NCBI RefSeq assembly: GCF_902713615.1
Contig: NC_052164.1
Location: forward strand, 92,363,377 to 92,427,376
Direction of reading: 5' to 3'
Source: Scyliorhinus canicula
Lineage: Eukaryota
Length of the DNA: 64,000 nt
How positions within the stretch are numbered: the stretch's first letter is position 1; each line of letters begins with the position of its first letter. A model generated the notes under the pieces. It saw only the letters and a list, made by a program, of their open reading frames with translations, had not been told where the DNA came from and did no database searches. Shown piece after piece: positions 22,402 through 35,201 of the stretch. The position numbers and the translations under genes are program-made.

Positions 22402-22934
22402 AGATTTATACAGTCACTGATGTTGTGTACAGCCCAGAAGTCCTTAAGAAAGTAAATGAAGACACAGTGGAAAGGGATCAATTGGTCCGTCTAGCTATGA
22501 AATATATTGAGGAGCAGCACTCCTTACGCCTGTCACACTCTTACACCCTCATGAAATACAAACTAAAAGGCAATAAAAAACAGATGAAGCAACGGCTGAC
22601 TGGAAAGGCGAGCCCTGCACAAACTGCCAGGGAGGTGACATCAGAAAGTGGCACTTCGTTGCTTCAACAGTTGACAAGTCTCAATTTAACAGGCAAGGAA
22701 AATGAAGAAAATAGCCCCCCAATTTGGTTGCCAAGTGACATCAGACATCCTAAGAAGTCAGGACTCATTGAGGAGATTTCGAGTACGGAATTTGACAGTG
22801 GAAATAAAGTAGAGACCCCAAATTATCAATTATCGCTCAGTAAAGATGAAAATGAAAAGGCAACAACGATTCAACTGAAGGTAGAGCTACCGAAAGTATC
22901 CTCTGTCACAGAATGTAATCTCAGTGTTTCAAAG
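22402..22934 (+). CDS. PIH1D2: PIH1D2 coding exon 3 (533 nt)
   Basis: IYTVTDVVYSPEVL...LAMKYIEEQHSLRLSHSY...LIEEISSTE...LKVELPKVSSVTECNLSVSK; AG acceptor 22400-22401, GTATGT donor 22935; phases match. Confidence 0.92.
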
Positions 22935-23256
22935 GTATGTGCTGGATGTGGAGTTGGTCTGATATGAAGTACACCGATATACCAGGTCCATGTTTAACAG
23001 TATCTTGTAAATTAGGACAGTTCACAAAATTCAATTTCTCATTCATACACACGAGACAAACAACAGGTGGGGGAAAAAGCAAGTTTCCCCACTTTTGAGA
23101 CTTGGGTCCAAATCCAGATTGAACTTTTCTGGTTGTACATTTCTAACTTGAATCAAGGTTAGTCTCAGCCCTGCCCAATACAGTCCCCAATTTCCTACCT
23201 TTCGGTGAGATTTATAGATTCTTTCCTGGGAAATGACCTGAACCGTGTATATGTTA

Positions 23257-23607
23257 GGGCAGCACGATAGCATAGTGGTTAGCACAATTATTTCACAGCT
23301 CCTGGGTCCCAAGTTCGATTCCCGGCTTGGGTCACTGTCTGTGTGGAGTCTGCACGTTCTCCCCATGTGTGCGTGGGTTTCCTCCAGGTGCTCCGGTTTC
23401 CTCCCACAGTCCAAAGATGTGCAGGTTAGGTGGATTGGCTATGCTAAATTGCCCTTAGTGTCCAAAATTGCCCTTAGTGTTGGGTGGGGTTACTTGGTTA
23501 TGGGGATAGGGTGGGGGGGGGGGGGGGCTTGGGTAAGGTGCTCTTTCCAAGAGCCTGTGCAGACTCGATGGGCCAAATGGCCTCCTTCTGCACTGTACAT
23601 TCTATGT
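23257..23607 (+). mobile_element. HE1 SINE
   Basis: HE1 head, core and tail. Confidence 0.88.
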
Positions 23608-24535
23608 TGTTATTTACTTGTTAGGCTGAAAGGTGGTTGAGATGATGGGAATATTGGACACAGCACAAACATAACCCATTAACAATCTCAATCAGAACCC
23701 CTTCGCTGTTGTGGAAAATGAAAATCTGCCACAGGGATAATAAGAACATAATCTTAAGCATGGGCCTGGGACAGTGCACAGAACTTTACTCTGCATCTGA
23801 AAGTTGTTTCTTACTCTGCTCAATGCTGACACCAGGTGAATAAAATGGAAAATGTTCAATTTCCCAACACTAGCAGCACTCACCATAGTGAGCACAAAAG
23901 AATCAGCTGTTCTTTTGCATGTCTTAGCAAATGGCTGAAAGCAGAAACATGGGAGCAAGTGTGTGGACCTTAAACTCCGTGCACGATATGGAAGGTTACA
24001 AGAGGGCGAATAATTTTTCCAATAAGTTTTTATTTCAATTCAGAGTTTGGTAAAAGCATCAAAATGCTTGGAGGGGATTGAGAAGTAATTTTTAAGTCTT
24101 GGGAACTTGTGATAGACTACAAAGGTCTTTTTCAATTTTGCACCTCCGTATTTTCCTGTTGTTTTTGTAGATGGACCTTTCTCGTTCAATATCTACAAAC
24201 CATATCACTTTGTTGTTTATTCTTTAATTGGATTCGCCAATGAGAGGTTTGAACAATTAAAATTCATTTTTAAGAGGGAGAGCTTTTGATGCTTTTAGTG
24301 TATTGCTTGTGTGCTGTAAGCAAATCAAATATATTGCGTGATGTCCACACTGAGGAATTGGAGCAATAAATGGCCTTTACTCGCTCCATAGTTTGTGCTG
24401 AAGATGCAAGTTGCATCTATCAGCTCCTTTTTGCCCCAAGAAACCTGCCTACTATATTTCCATGCATTTAGTCCATCAAGAAAACTAATAGAGTCTGATT
24501 TTTAAAATTGTATTCTATGTTTGCCTCCAAAACAG

Positions 24536-24694
24536 AATGACTTAGTTGTTGATGTCCCCAGGAAGTACAGGCTGCAGCTTGATCTAGCTGAAACTATCAG
24601 TGAAGACATGGTCACAGCAAAGTTCAACAAAAAGACTCGCATCCTGTCTGTGACGATGCCCATCAAGTATTGTATTGCATCTGAATTGTGTTGA
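24536..24694 (+). CDS. PIH1D2: PIH1D2 last coding exon (CS domain end, stop TGA); total CDS 332 aa
   Basis: NDLVVDVPRKYRLQLDLAETISEDMVTAKFNKKTRILSVTMPIKYCIASELC*; CAG acceptor at 24533-24535. Confidence 0.92.
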   Translation, partial: NDLVVDVPRKYRLQLDLAETISEDMVTAKFNKKTRILSVTMPIKYCIASELC

Positions 24695-24713
24695 AATGTA
24701 CACATTTTACCTG

Positions 24714-24719
24714 AATAAA
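24714..24719 (+). terminator. Candidate PIH1D2 polyadenylation signal AATAAA
   Basis: AATAAA 20 nt after the stop codon. Confidence 0.5.
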
Positions 24720-24856
24720 TCACAAGAGCAATGCTACATCGAAGCAGATTGCTGAGAATGCCATTTCAAAATGTGAAAATATAAATTTTACTGTCTAGAT
24801 ATTTTTGTAATGGGAGAATAGCATTCTAATTTATGTGTAAAAAATAAATCACAGAA

Positions 24857-25398
24857 GGCAGCATGGTGGTGCAGTGGTTAGCACTGCTGCCTCACAGGGC
24901 CGAGGACCCGGATTCGATCCTGGCCCTGGATCACGGTCCGTGTGGAGTTTGCACGCTCTCCACATATCTGGGTGAGTCTGACCCTCACAATCCAAAGATG
25001 TGCAGGGTAGGTGGATTGGCCAGGCTAAATTGCCCCATAATTGGAAAAAAAAAATATCACAGAAATAGGCCATTTGGCCCAGCCGGTCCTTCAGAATCAC
25101 GACAGTGCAGGAGGCCATTTGGCCTATCGAGTCTGCACCGATCCTCTGAAAGAGTGCCCTACCTAGGCCCACATCCCGACACTTTCCCAGTAACGCCACC
25201 TAACTTTTTGGACACTATGGGGCAATTTAGCATGGCCAATCCACCTAACCTGCATTTTTAGACTGGGAGGGAACCGGAGAACCCGAAGGAAACCCACGCA
25301 CACATGGAGCGAACATAGAAACGGGCAGTGACCCAAGGCTGGAATTGAACCAGGGTCCCTGGTGCTGTGAGGCAGCAGTGCTAACCACTGTGCCACCC
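24857..25398. mobile_element. Inverted (tail-to-tail) HE1 SINE pair: about 24857-25053 (+) and 25094-25398 (-)
   Basis: Forward and reverse-complement HE1 blocks about 40 bp apart. Confidence 0.85.
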
Positions 25399-25759
25399 CT
25401 TGCCAAGGTTTATGCTGCACTCCCAAGCTTCCTCCAATCCTCGGTCGGCAAAATTCTCTATTCCCTTCTCTCATGTGTTTACCTATATTTTTTTCTATTA
25501 AATGGATCTGCTACTTGCCTCAACTACTCTCTGTTCCACATTATCACCAATAAGTTCCTTCTGAATTCACCATTTAATTTCTTGGCGACCATCTAATATT
25601 GACGGCCTCCAGTTTTACTCTTCCACACAAATGAAATCCCGTGTCTATCTCCACTATATAAACCCAATAGGTAATTCCTCTGCCTTAAGGAGAAGGTACC
25701 CAGCTGTTCATCCTCTCTGGATATATCCTTGCTGTTCTGATATCATTTTTGTGAATCTT

Positions 25760-26890
25760 ACGAGTTCACTAGTAACTTCACCTCTGCTGTTCTTGCCGGC
25801 CCGATACTCCACAAGTCCAGTGGTAGCGGCGTCTCTGAGGGCAATGGAGGAGATATAAGAGGGGAGGGAGCATCGATTTAGACCCCGATTTATAACAACC
25901 ACAGGTTTGTACCAGGTCGGCTAGATGGTGGGTTCCGGAATTGGCAGAGGGCAGGAATTAGAAGGATGGGGGATCTATTTATGGAGTTTTTCCAGAGGAT
26001 AAATTGAAATTGCCAGCAGAGAATGGTTTTAGGTATTTGCAGGTGTGAGACTTCCTGAGAAAACAGGTACCGCCCTTTCCGCTGCTGCCGCCACAGGGGA
26101 TACAGGATAGAGTAGTTTCCAGTACCTGGGTAGGAGAGGGGAAGGTATCAGATATTTACCAGGAGCTTTCGGAGGCAGAGGAAACTCCGGTGGAGCTTAA
26201 GAGCAAGTGGGAGGACGAGCTAGGAGGAGATAGAGGCGGGGCTAGGGGCAGATGCCCTAAGCAGGCTTAATACCTCATCATGCGCCAGGCTTAGCCTGAT
26301 ACAATTTAAGGTAGTCCACCAGGCACACACGACAGTGGCTAGGATGAGTAAGTTCTTCGGGGTTGAGGATAGATATGCAGGAAGCCCAGCAAATCATGTC
26401 CACATGTTTTGGGCATGCCCGAAGCTTAAGAGGGTATTGGCAGGATTTTGCTAAGGCGATGTCCACGGTACTAAAAACACGGGTGGTGCCGAGTCCGGAG
26501 GTAGCGATCTTTGGAGTGTCAGAAGATCCAGTTCAGGGGGCGAAAGAGGCCAATGCCTTGGCCTTTGCCTCCCAGGTAGCCCGGAAACGGATCTTGTTAA
26601 TGTGGAGGTTTCTCAGTCTCGAGAAAATAAAGTTTGCCTTAAGAGGGTCAATGTAATGTTAGGGTTCACCCGGAGGTGACAGCTCAGGGGAAATTAAAAT
26701 GGCAGCAGATGCAGTATTCCGGGGGGGGGGGGGGGGGGAAGAGAAAGAGAATTGTTGTTGTATGGTTGAGGTGTGAGAAGATTGGGCTGGGGGGCAGAGG
26801 AATGTTTATTTTACCATGTTGATGTCATTGTTTATGTTACTGTTACAAAAATTTTCAAATACCTCAATAAAACATTATTTAAAAAATAAT
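25760..26890 (+). mobile_element. 5'-truncated L1/Tx1 LINE (ORF2 C-terminus + 3' UTR)
   Basis: ARLSLIQFKVVH, HMFWACP, LEKIKFALRGS motifs; G-rich 3' UTR, AATAAA and A-rich tail at about 26866-26890. Confidence 0.85.
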
Positions 26891-29800
26891 TCTTAGAGTT
26901 AAATGTAAATGGGGACCAAATGATCAAGTATGAGGAAATAATCCTATACTAGGATTTTAAAAATAATTTCAGACCTCGAGTGCTCCTGACATTCCTTACT
27001 GAAGTGAGTTGTATATGTCTGAAATAAAAACAAAGTGTTGAAAATACTCTCAGAACTGGCAGTATCTGCATGGAGAGGAACAGAGTTAATGTTGAGTCGA
27101 ATACGACTCTGCTGCAGAACTCCAGCCTCCGCAGTATTTTGCTTTTAGGTTGGTGCATTTGTCCACTGATATAATTCATCTTTTGATGTGCAAAAATAAA
27201 TAGGAATTTGCCATATGAGGAATGCTGGATGCAAACTTCCATCTCTCCCTCGTAGAGCAGCTTTAAGATTTCAAGCATTACTTTATTGTTCCACCTCAAA
27301 ACCCAATATGGTTATACAGGCTCATGCTTTTAATGTCTTATGAGGCTGCTGCTGTCCTGTCCTCCTTTTCCACCAAGCCAATGTGTCCCAGACCTTTATT
27401 GTTAGCTCTGAAATAAAGCATGCTGTAAAAACTGAGTAGTGCTCCCTGCTGGTCACCAGGTGCCAGAACATCACAAATGACTAAGAACAAGAACTCTGCT
27501 GAGAATATGAAAAATGGAATAGGAAAATCTGTAATTTAGCAGTAATACTCAAGCATTAAATAAATGCTGTTACAACAACAGGTAGCCATGTGGAGGAGAT
27601 GCCAGCATTGGACTGGGGTGAGCACAGTAACCTGTCTAACAGGTTTGTTTCAAATCAAGCATCCAACCAAGGAAGGAGCAGTGCTCCAAAAGCTAGTGAT
27701 GCGAAACAAACATGTTGGTCTTTAACCTGTTCTTACTGAACAACAGATAGTACTGTAGTATACACTGGTTCCATCTTGTTCTGAATCAGTAATCCTCATG
27801 ATCTAGAGTGGCTGAAGCATTGAGCACATTTTTCAACTCCATGTATGGTATAAGCATAGGCAAAGCTTGAAGTTTTTCTTCTATTATTTTATTTTAATCT
27901 GGTTTTTAAATAGAAATTTCTCAATAAGTTGCCACAACCAAGGAGCTGTTAGGCCGAGGCTGTGGCTGGAAGTAACAATACATATATGGTATAACACATT
28001 TTGTCATAAGCTTATACATACTTTACCATCTATTTGTGCGTTTTGTTTCCTTGTCCCTCAAAAAGAAAATTCCAGGATTTTATTGTTAAAAATTAGGTTT
28101 AATGCTGAATTTATCTGTATGGCAAAATGGTGCTTCGACCAAAACAAAATGTCCAGATTTTACATTTCCTTTTTAATATAGTCAGGTGGTCAACGTGTGC
28201 AGCATCGCAACTTCCATGTTAACAATATTGAGCTATAACTAACGGGAGGACCTTGTGTCGTTCAGACCCGCTGGCAATCTCACAGTACATAACCCCAAAT
28301 AGAAAATACAAATTCCGAATGAAACATCCTACAGAAAGAAAAATATTCAAGTCCTATTTTATATGCAATGTTCCAGGTACATCTATTAGCAGATTAGAAA
28401 ATAACTTGTCTGACAACAGTCACAGTAGCAAGCTACAGTACACAAATGATGAAAACTCTACTTAATAATCAAGCATTAGATACACAGGGTGCCATAGCAA
28501 TCTGATTTGAGAATCAAGTTGATTCAGTTTAACCAATCAGTATCCATGATGTTTGAAGTACAACATTCCTTTTTGCAGTACACGTTGATTCAGGACGATC
28601 GTGGGATTGATCACACTATAGGTGAATAGCACACACAAATATATATTTTTTAAAGTATTCATTTAATGAAGAATATAGCATTTTATTGTTGCCACCAACA
28701 GACATACCAATGTGAAATATTGTACAGATCTCTACATTTAAATTTGGTTTCAAGTGCAGCTTTTATTTCCCCCCACCCCTCCCCCATTTCCTATTTGTTA
28801 ACTTGCTGTTTACTTCTATTAAATATTAAGGCATAAAGAATATCTGAAGTGGTATTTTAGGCAGTAAACAGAATAATTAGAATGCACTGCACGAAGCATG
28901 AAAATTAATGGCTGTATTAAATATGTTTGGGCTCATGTTCTTTTATTCTTAAACTTTTATATTTAATTGTTGAAGTGCCAATCAATTTTTTTTTAAAAAC
29001 CCTGTGACCCATAAGAAATGATAGAATAGACAAGAGACTTGACTAAGGCAAGGACAAAGACAAATTTTATCCTTTATTTCCAATTTAACCCGTGCGGTTA
29101 CCCATTCTCCAACATCTGGCTGCCCCCTAACAAAGCATGTGTAAAATGGAACAAAGCAGGTACAGATTCCAGTGATAGTATCATAAAAGAACTAAGGTGA
29201 TTGCATACATGAATCTCTGAGGTCTGCAACAAGATAATGTTTAAATTTAATTGCACTCAGCCAATCGTGAATGGGTGTTGCAAACACACCAGAGACCCCA
29301 GACTTGCGGAAACTAATCTGGTTAAAACCACACGCACATGAATGACCAGTTCTGAAGCTTGATAAACTGTCAGAATTTAATATTAATTTGTCTGTTGACA
29401 ACAATTAAATAATATATTGCTTGCTATGTGGCACATGAGCACCCAAACATGGTTAATTTGCCTCCCGAATTTAAATATAATAAATGTAATTTACACAGGG
29501 AAAGGGTTGGGAAAAAACACAATTTAGGATAAAACCTACTTTAAACAATTGTTATTGGATACGGGAGAATGGGGAAAGAAAGGAAAACGTGTCATTGTTG
29601 TCCAATTAATAAGTACCAGTGCACAACACTGAAATTAATATTCATTTATACCACTTGTCTTTATAATCCTGCCAAGCCTCTGTAAAGTAGTTCTAGTTTA
29701 TGAAAAATATTGGACCAGAGGTATGCAATTAATCTAGTACCTATCACATTGATTTTAATGAAACTGACTAAGAGAAATATAGAAAATATACCCCATCTCC

Positions 29801-30284
29801 AGTGAGGATTAACCAAGCTCATGCTACCAATTTCATATCACCCAGATGTTCGCAAAGAAAGCATTTACAATTGTGTAGATAATTTCCCAACTGAATTCGA
29901 ATTTTAACGAAAAAATACTCCCTTAGCTTTTAAACAGTTATCAGTTTATTTTGACTGCTTTCTAGAATATGGCATCTGAACACGGTGATCATGTGCAGCA
30001 CACAGTATTTCTAGCGCTGGATTTGGGTTAGTGATAAGTTCCAAATTCAGTTAGACCACTATCTGTTGATACGGTTGGACTGGAATTAGTAACCAGCATG
30101 AGGATTTTCCTCAACTATGAGTTCTAGCTCATCTGTATACCTTCTCTTCCTTACTGTACAAGTACTTTAACCGTACATGGGTAATGGGAACACAAGAATT
30201 TCATGCAGATACTGGCATTTATAAATAAAACCACCTTGAGAAAAAAAAAAAGACTTGACATTCTTAGCAATTGGTTCCTGCAAT

Positions 30285-30414
30285 TTATAACAGCATGGTA
30301 GATGGCCTTTCAAGGAACTTCTTGAACTCCGTTAACCACTGGGCACCGACTGCTCCATCCACAACACGATGATCACAGCTCAGGGTTACTGCCATCATAT
30401 TGGAAACATCAAAT
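30285..30414 (-). CDS. DLAT: DLAT exon 14 coding part with catalytic DHRVVDG motif and TAA stop; total CDS 1866 nt = 621 aa
   Basis: [42 protein letters not shown]; all 14 exons join in frame. Confidence 0.96.
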
Positions 30415-30860
30415 CTGCAGGGGTATGACACGGTATTGGTCAGATTTTAAAATTACACATGTCCTTCAACATACTAAAAGACATACCAAAAGCATTTGGA
30501 GAATTCAATTCAAGTGAGTGACACAAAGCTACTGAAGTGACCAGCAGATGAGCATCATTAGCAAATAAAATAAAATTCACTTCATTCAAATCTGATCTAT
30601 TCACATACTTTGACACAAAACATTTTATTGTATTTAACCTTCCAGCCACCTTCCGAATGACATGCTACATGATTAGCCAAAATGTTCCAGGTCAAAAATT
30701 AGCTTTAAAAGTTCGATAATTTACATATACTTCAAAAAAAGCATTCCGTTGCAATTTATGCACACAAAATTATTTGTAACGCTTTGTATTTAATTTGTAC
30801 TAGGTGGCCATAACAACATTCACAAGAATAATCCACAAAAGTTTAAGAGAAATGGTTTAC

Positions 30861-30997
30861 CCCCTCTCATTTTCGGCAGGAAGCAGTCTTTGTTCTGATC
30901 CACCAATAGCTAGAATGCATGCTTGGGGTGGGTTGATAATTGCCGAAAAGTTCTTTATACCATACATTCCCAGGTTAGATATTGTAAATGTTCCACC
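30861..30997 (-). CDS. DLAT: DLAT exon 13 (137 nt)
   Basis: [46 protein letters not shown]; TAG/GTAAAC flanks. Confidence 0.96.
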
Positions 30998-31469
30998 CTA
31001 ACGTAAAAGGATAAAAATAGAGAGTTACATGGTCTGATTTTTAAAAAGTGCGACAATTTACATTGCCAATTTTGACGAACTACTGAAATATTAATCCATA
31101 AATAGATAATTTACATTTACATGCATACTTGGACTGAACTAGAGTTTATTTTGAAACTGTAACTTATCTGGTTTGACAGAGAGTCAAGAAAAAAAGAGCC
31201 TCCCAAAAGCCACTGAAAGACGAGCGATTATCTGGGGTCTGATTAAATCTCTGCAAAATTGAGGCATAGCTTCTTCCTCTTTGTATTCCAGCTCCCTTGA
31301 GGTAGAGGCCTACACTCCACTAGCTTTTTAATTACCTGCTCACTAGATATTAGCGGTCTGTGTGCCGGGACACCCAAATCACTTGTCCAGAATTACTCAT
31401 CTCACGATTAAGAAAATATCCCAATTACTCTTTCTTGGATCCAATGTGTGTGGCATTACACTTCATATT

Positions 31470-32042
31470 GGCTTTGGGTCACTGTCTGTGTGGAGTTTTG
31501 TACGTTCTTTGGGTTTCCTCTGGGTGCTCCAGTTTCCTCCCAATCCAAAAATGTGCAGGTTAGAGGGATTGGATATGCTAAATTGCCTCCAAGTGTCCAG
31601 GGATGTGCACTTTAGGTTACGGGGATAGAGTGTGGTGGACATGGGTAGAATGCTAATTCAAAGGGTAGGTACAGACTCAATGGGCCGAATAGCCTCCTTC
31701 GGCACTCCAGGGATTCTATGTTTGAACTTAATTGGCGAGTTTGGCTTCATAGAATCGTAGAAGGCGGCCGTCTGGCCCATCATGTCTGCACCACTGAAAG
31801 AGCACCGCACTTAAGCTCAAACCTCCACCCTAACCCCATAACCCAGTAACCCCACCTTTTGGACACTAATTGGCACTTTAGCATGGCCAATCCACCTAAC
31901 CTGCACATCTTAGGACTGTGGGAGGAAACCGGGCACCCGGAGGAAACCCACACAGACACAGGGAGACACAGTCACCCAAGGCTCGAATTGAACCAAAGTC
32001 CCTGGAGCTGTAAGGCAACAGTGCTAACCACTGTACCACCCC
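31470..32042. mobile_element. Inverted HE1 pair: about 31470-31720 (+) and 31748-32042 (-)
   Basis: Forward and reverse HE1 blocks in DLAT intron 12. Confidence 0.82.
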
Positions 32043-32188
32043 TTAAATTTTCGTATTTATGTTTTCAATTCCTCCACGCACCCAGAATACTATCATATTT
32101 ATGTCCAAACACCACAATGGGGGAGGGGGGGTACTGAAAGCAGAAGAGGAGATACACTGGATTCTTCTTTACAAATATTAATTCTTAC

Positions 32189-32351
32189 CTGAAATTCATG
32201 GGGCTGGAGTTTTCCTCCACGAGCCTTTTCAGCTAAGGATTTCACATCATTATTGATGGAGGCCAGTCCCTTGATATGTGCGTTAAACACTATGGGAGTA
32301 ATCAGACCAGCAGGAGTGCTCACAGCCACACTAATGTCCACGACATGGTTT
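32189..32351 (-). CDS. DLAT: DLAT exon 12 (163 nt)
   Basis: [54 protein letters not shown]; CAG/GTAAG flanks. Confidence 0.96.
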
Positions 32352-32499
32352 CTGATGAGAAACATACATCACGTTAACTCATTTGATCTTTTTTCACCAG
32401 CTAACTTCGAATCAAAGATTTTGTCTTGTGTCATCCCATCACATTAGTGGAATTAGTGGAACGAGTTGCTACACATCAGTCAATAAGTGTTAACTGATG

Positions 32500-32703
32500 A
32501 TACAACATGATTGATTATGCACATTTCAAGGAGGAATAAAAATCTTTGGTAGCACAGCGGTTTAAAGCAAATGTGCTGTTTTGATGACCTGGGTTCAAAT
32601 ACAACATGATTGATTATGCACATTTCAAGGAGGAATAAAAATCTTTGGTAGCACAGCGGTTTAAAGCAAATGTGCTGTTTTGATGACCTGGGTTCAAATA
32701 CAA
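32500..32703. repeat. Perfect 99-bp tandem duplication
   Basis: 32500-32598 equals 32599-32697, followed by a third ATACAA. Confidence 0.92.
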
Positions 32704-32759
32704 GTTATACTGATCGCATAAATGCACCTTTCCTTTCAACCGTGTACTAATGGAGCATA

Positions 32760-33202
32760 TGCGTGGAGTCTGCACGTCCTCCCCGTGTGTGCGTGGGTTT
32801 CCTCCGGGTGCTCCGGTTTCCTCCCACAGTCCAAAGATGTGCGGGTTAGGTGGATTGGCCATGCTAAAATTGCCCGTAGTGTAAGGTTAATGGGGGGATT
32901 GTTGGGTTATGGGTATACGGGTTACGTGGGTTTAAGTAGGGTGATCATTGTTCGGCACAACATCGAGGGCCGAAGGGCCTGTTCTGTGCTGTACTGTTCT
33001 ATGTTCTATGTTTCCTCCGGGTGCTCTGGTTTCTTCCCGCAGTCCGAAGATGTGCAGGTTAGGTGATTTGGCCATAATAAATTGTCCTTTGGTGACCAAA
33101 AAGGTTAGGAGCGGTTACTGGGTTATGGGGATAGGGTGGAAGTGAGGGCTTAAGTGGGTTGGTGCAGTCTCGATGGGCCGAATGGCCTCCTTCTGCACTG
33201 TA
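32760..33202 (+). mobile_element. Two 5'-truncated HE1 SINEs in tandem (about 32760-33009 and 33010-33202)
   Basis: V-core repeated twice, with two different tails. Confidence 0.85.
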
Positions 33203-33717
33203 CTACGATGGTTTTGTACCAGTCTGGCAAGTGCTTCTAAATTTTTCACACTCCTGCCTAATTGGCTGCATTTCAAAGGCTTAAACCGAACCACATTCTT
33301 GTGAATGAAACAGAGGTCATAGCCATAACCATTTAGCCACAGTGTTAAACGTTTTCAAATTGACACAGTTTGATAAAATTTTGAATTATTCTTACTTTTT
33401 AAAGTCACCAATATTAATGGTACATGCATTGTTCGTTGTCTTTCCCTATTTGCAGGTCACAGATAGGAAACTAGTGAATATTAAGCTCTAATAACTTTCG
33501 ACCCTAATTATTGTTCTGCAAAGTGAAACTTTTGTATCCAATGTCTGGCACGGTGAAATTTCACATCACATGACAGGAAGGGTACATCTCTAAATACAAA
33601 TTAAAACTTATTACAAGTTCCACCTTGAACATTTACATACCTCACAGCCTGGTAAAACATTTAAACAAAGGTGCCGTGCATCTTTTAAACACTTGAAACT
33701 GCAGAGTGATTACTCAC

Positions 33718-33836
33718 TGCCTGATAACTGTATCCAACCAAGAGGAATTTACTTCGGGAATCTTTAAGCATGCCAAAGCTGAAGCTTTTATGAGAAAATC
33801 ATTCACTGACAGCTTGACGTTTTCAGATTTGACTTC
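33718..33836 (-). CDS. DLAT: DLAT exon 11 (119 nt)
   Basis: [40 protein letters not shown]; CAG/GTGAG flanks. Confidence 0.96.
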
Positions 33837-34902
33837 CTGTAAATGGAAGAGTCACAAATATTAATAATCTCCCAGGGTTGATCCGTCATTTTCAAAGTCG
33901 CAAAATGATAATTCCAGATTTATATTTGGTTAAAATTCTGATTGCAGCTAAGCAGCGATTCCCTCATCAATAAGAAAAACACCACCAATTAGAGCCTGGA
34001 TAATGTTTCCGAACGCATAATATATTATTTATGCAGGTAAATATTTGGGAAGCATATCAAACATGTACATGCTACGCAGGCCTCTTGTTGAGTGGGAAAG
34101 GGATCCAGGTGTTATGGTGAATGATATAATGATTCACAATCAGTGCCATGAGACTACAGGAAAAGCTAAGAGTACCAGAATGTATCGCTCGAATGACCCT
34201 ATCTGTAAACAAAAAAGCACTGTCGTTCACAAGAACTTTCATCTAAACCAGCACTCATTTTTCATTAACCTGGATGGTGGGCTATATAAATGCCCTAGAA
34301 GTGCAGAGAAAAGCCACAACCATAACCTAGCTTAAAAACCTCTAGCTGTACTAATATGTTTAAATATAGGTCATTGTTAATTCTAGAAACGTTAATGGAT
34401 GTATTTGAAATAATGAAGGGACTAGACTCTCCATGTGGACCAACTATGTGAACAAAATAGGTAGGGGGTAGCAGGCATGTGTTCAACAAGTTAGAATAAG
34501 CATAGAACTAGACAGCAGGAGGTGTTTCACATTTAACAGATCATCCTCCTCTGGATCAAGTGGCAAATTCATGTGCAGTTTGCTGAGTTCATTCAAAATA
34601 GAGCTGGATGAGTTTCTGACTGAGGCCACGTTCATCGCATGCAAAAGACATTGGGTCAGAGGCCTCCCACAAATCATTTTAATCAAGTTATGGAGGAATT
34701 CCTGAACCGGTCTAGGGTTTTGTTTTGCCACTCCTAGGAGGTTACAAGCAATGTTGACAGTAGCCTGACCAGAACACCATTTTCTCTCTTCTCCACCCCA
34801 ATCTCTCAGTTATAAAAGGTGGGTATTATAGCTAGGAAAGATTAGTAAGCAAACCAAGAATGAACGTAACCCCAAAAATATTTACACAAAAGTAACTCCT
34901 AC

Positions 34903-35010
34903 CTCATTCAATTGCTTCCTAAGCTCCAGGATCCTATCCATGTTGACATCGATAGATAGGTAATAATGGGGGATGGTCTGCTTGGACTGTATAAGACGCT
35001 GAGCTATAAC
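34903..35010 (-). CDS. DLAT: DLAT exon 10 (108 nt)
   Basis: [36 protein letters not shown]; AG/GTAGG flanks. Confidence 0.96.
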
Positions 35011-35120
35011 CTAATGGAAAAACATAAAGGAGTTAGTGAATGGAAAACCAAATGAGACATATATGCCTCTGCTGCATCCATTTCACTTTATCAGTTGCAA
35101 TTTTGTCAATAGTATCTTGC

Positions 35121-35201
35121 CTTCCGTATATTGGAGAGAGGGATATCTGTGAATGTTCCAGTAGGTACAGGTGCTACCCCAGGAGCAACTGGAGTTGGAG
35201 C
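35121..35201 (-). CDS. DLAT: DLAT exon 9 (81 nt), ends at a GC donor
   Basis: APTPVAPGVAPVPTGTFTDIPLSNIRK; donor AAG/GCAAGA. Confidence 0.92.

Noticed and set aside
24668-24694. PIH1D2 C-terminal extension YCIASELC as a prenylation signal
   Set aside because: Does not fit CaaX, CC or CxC motifs.
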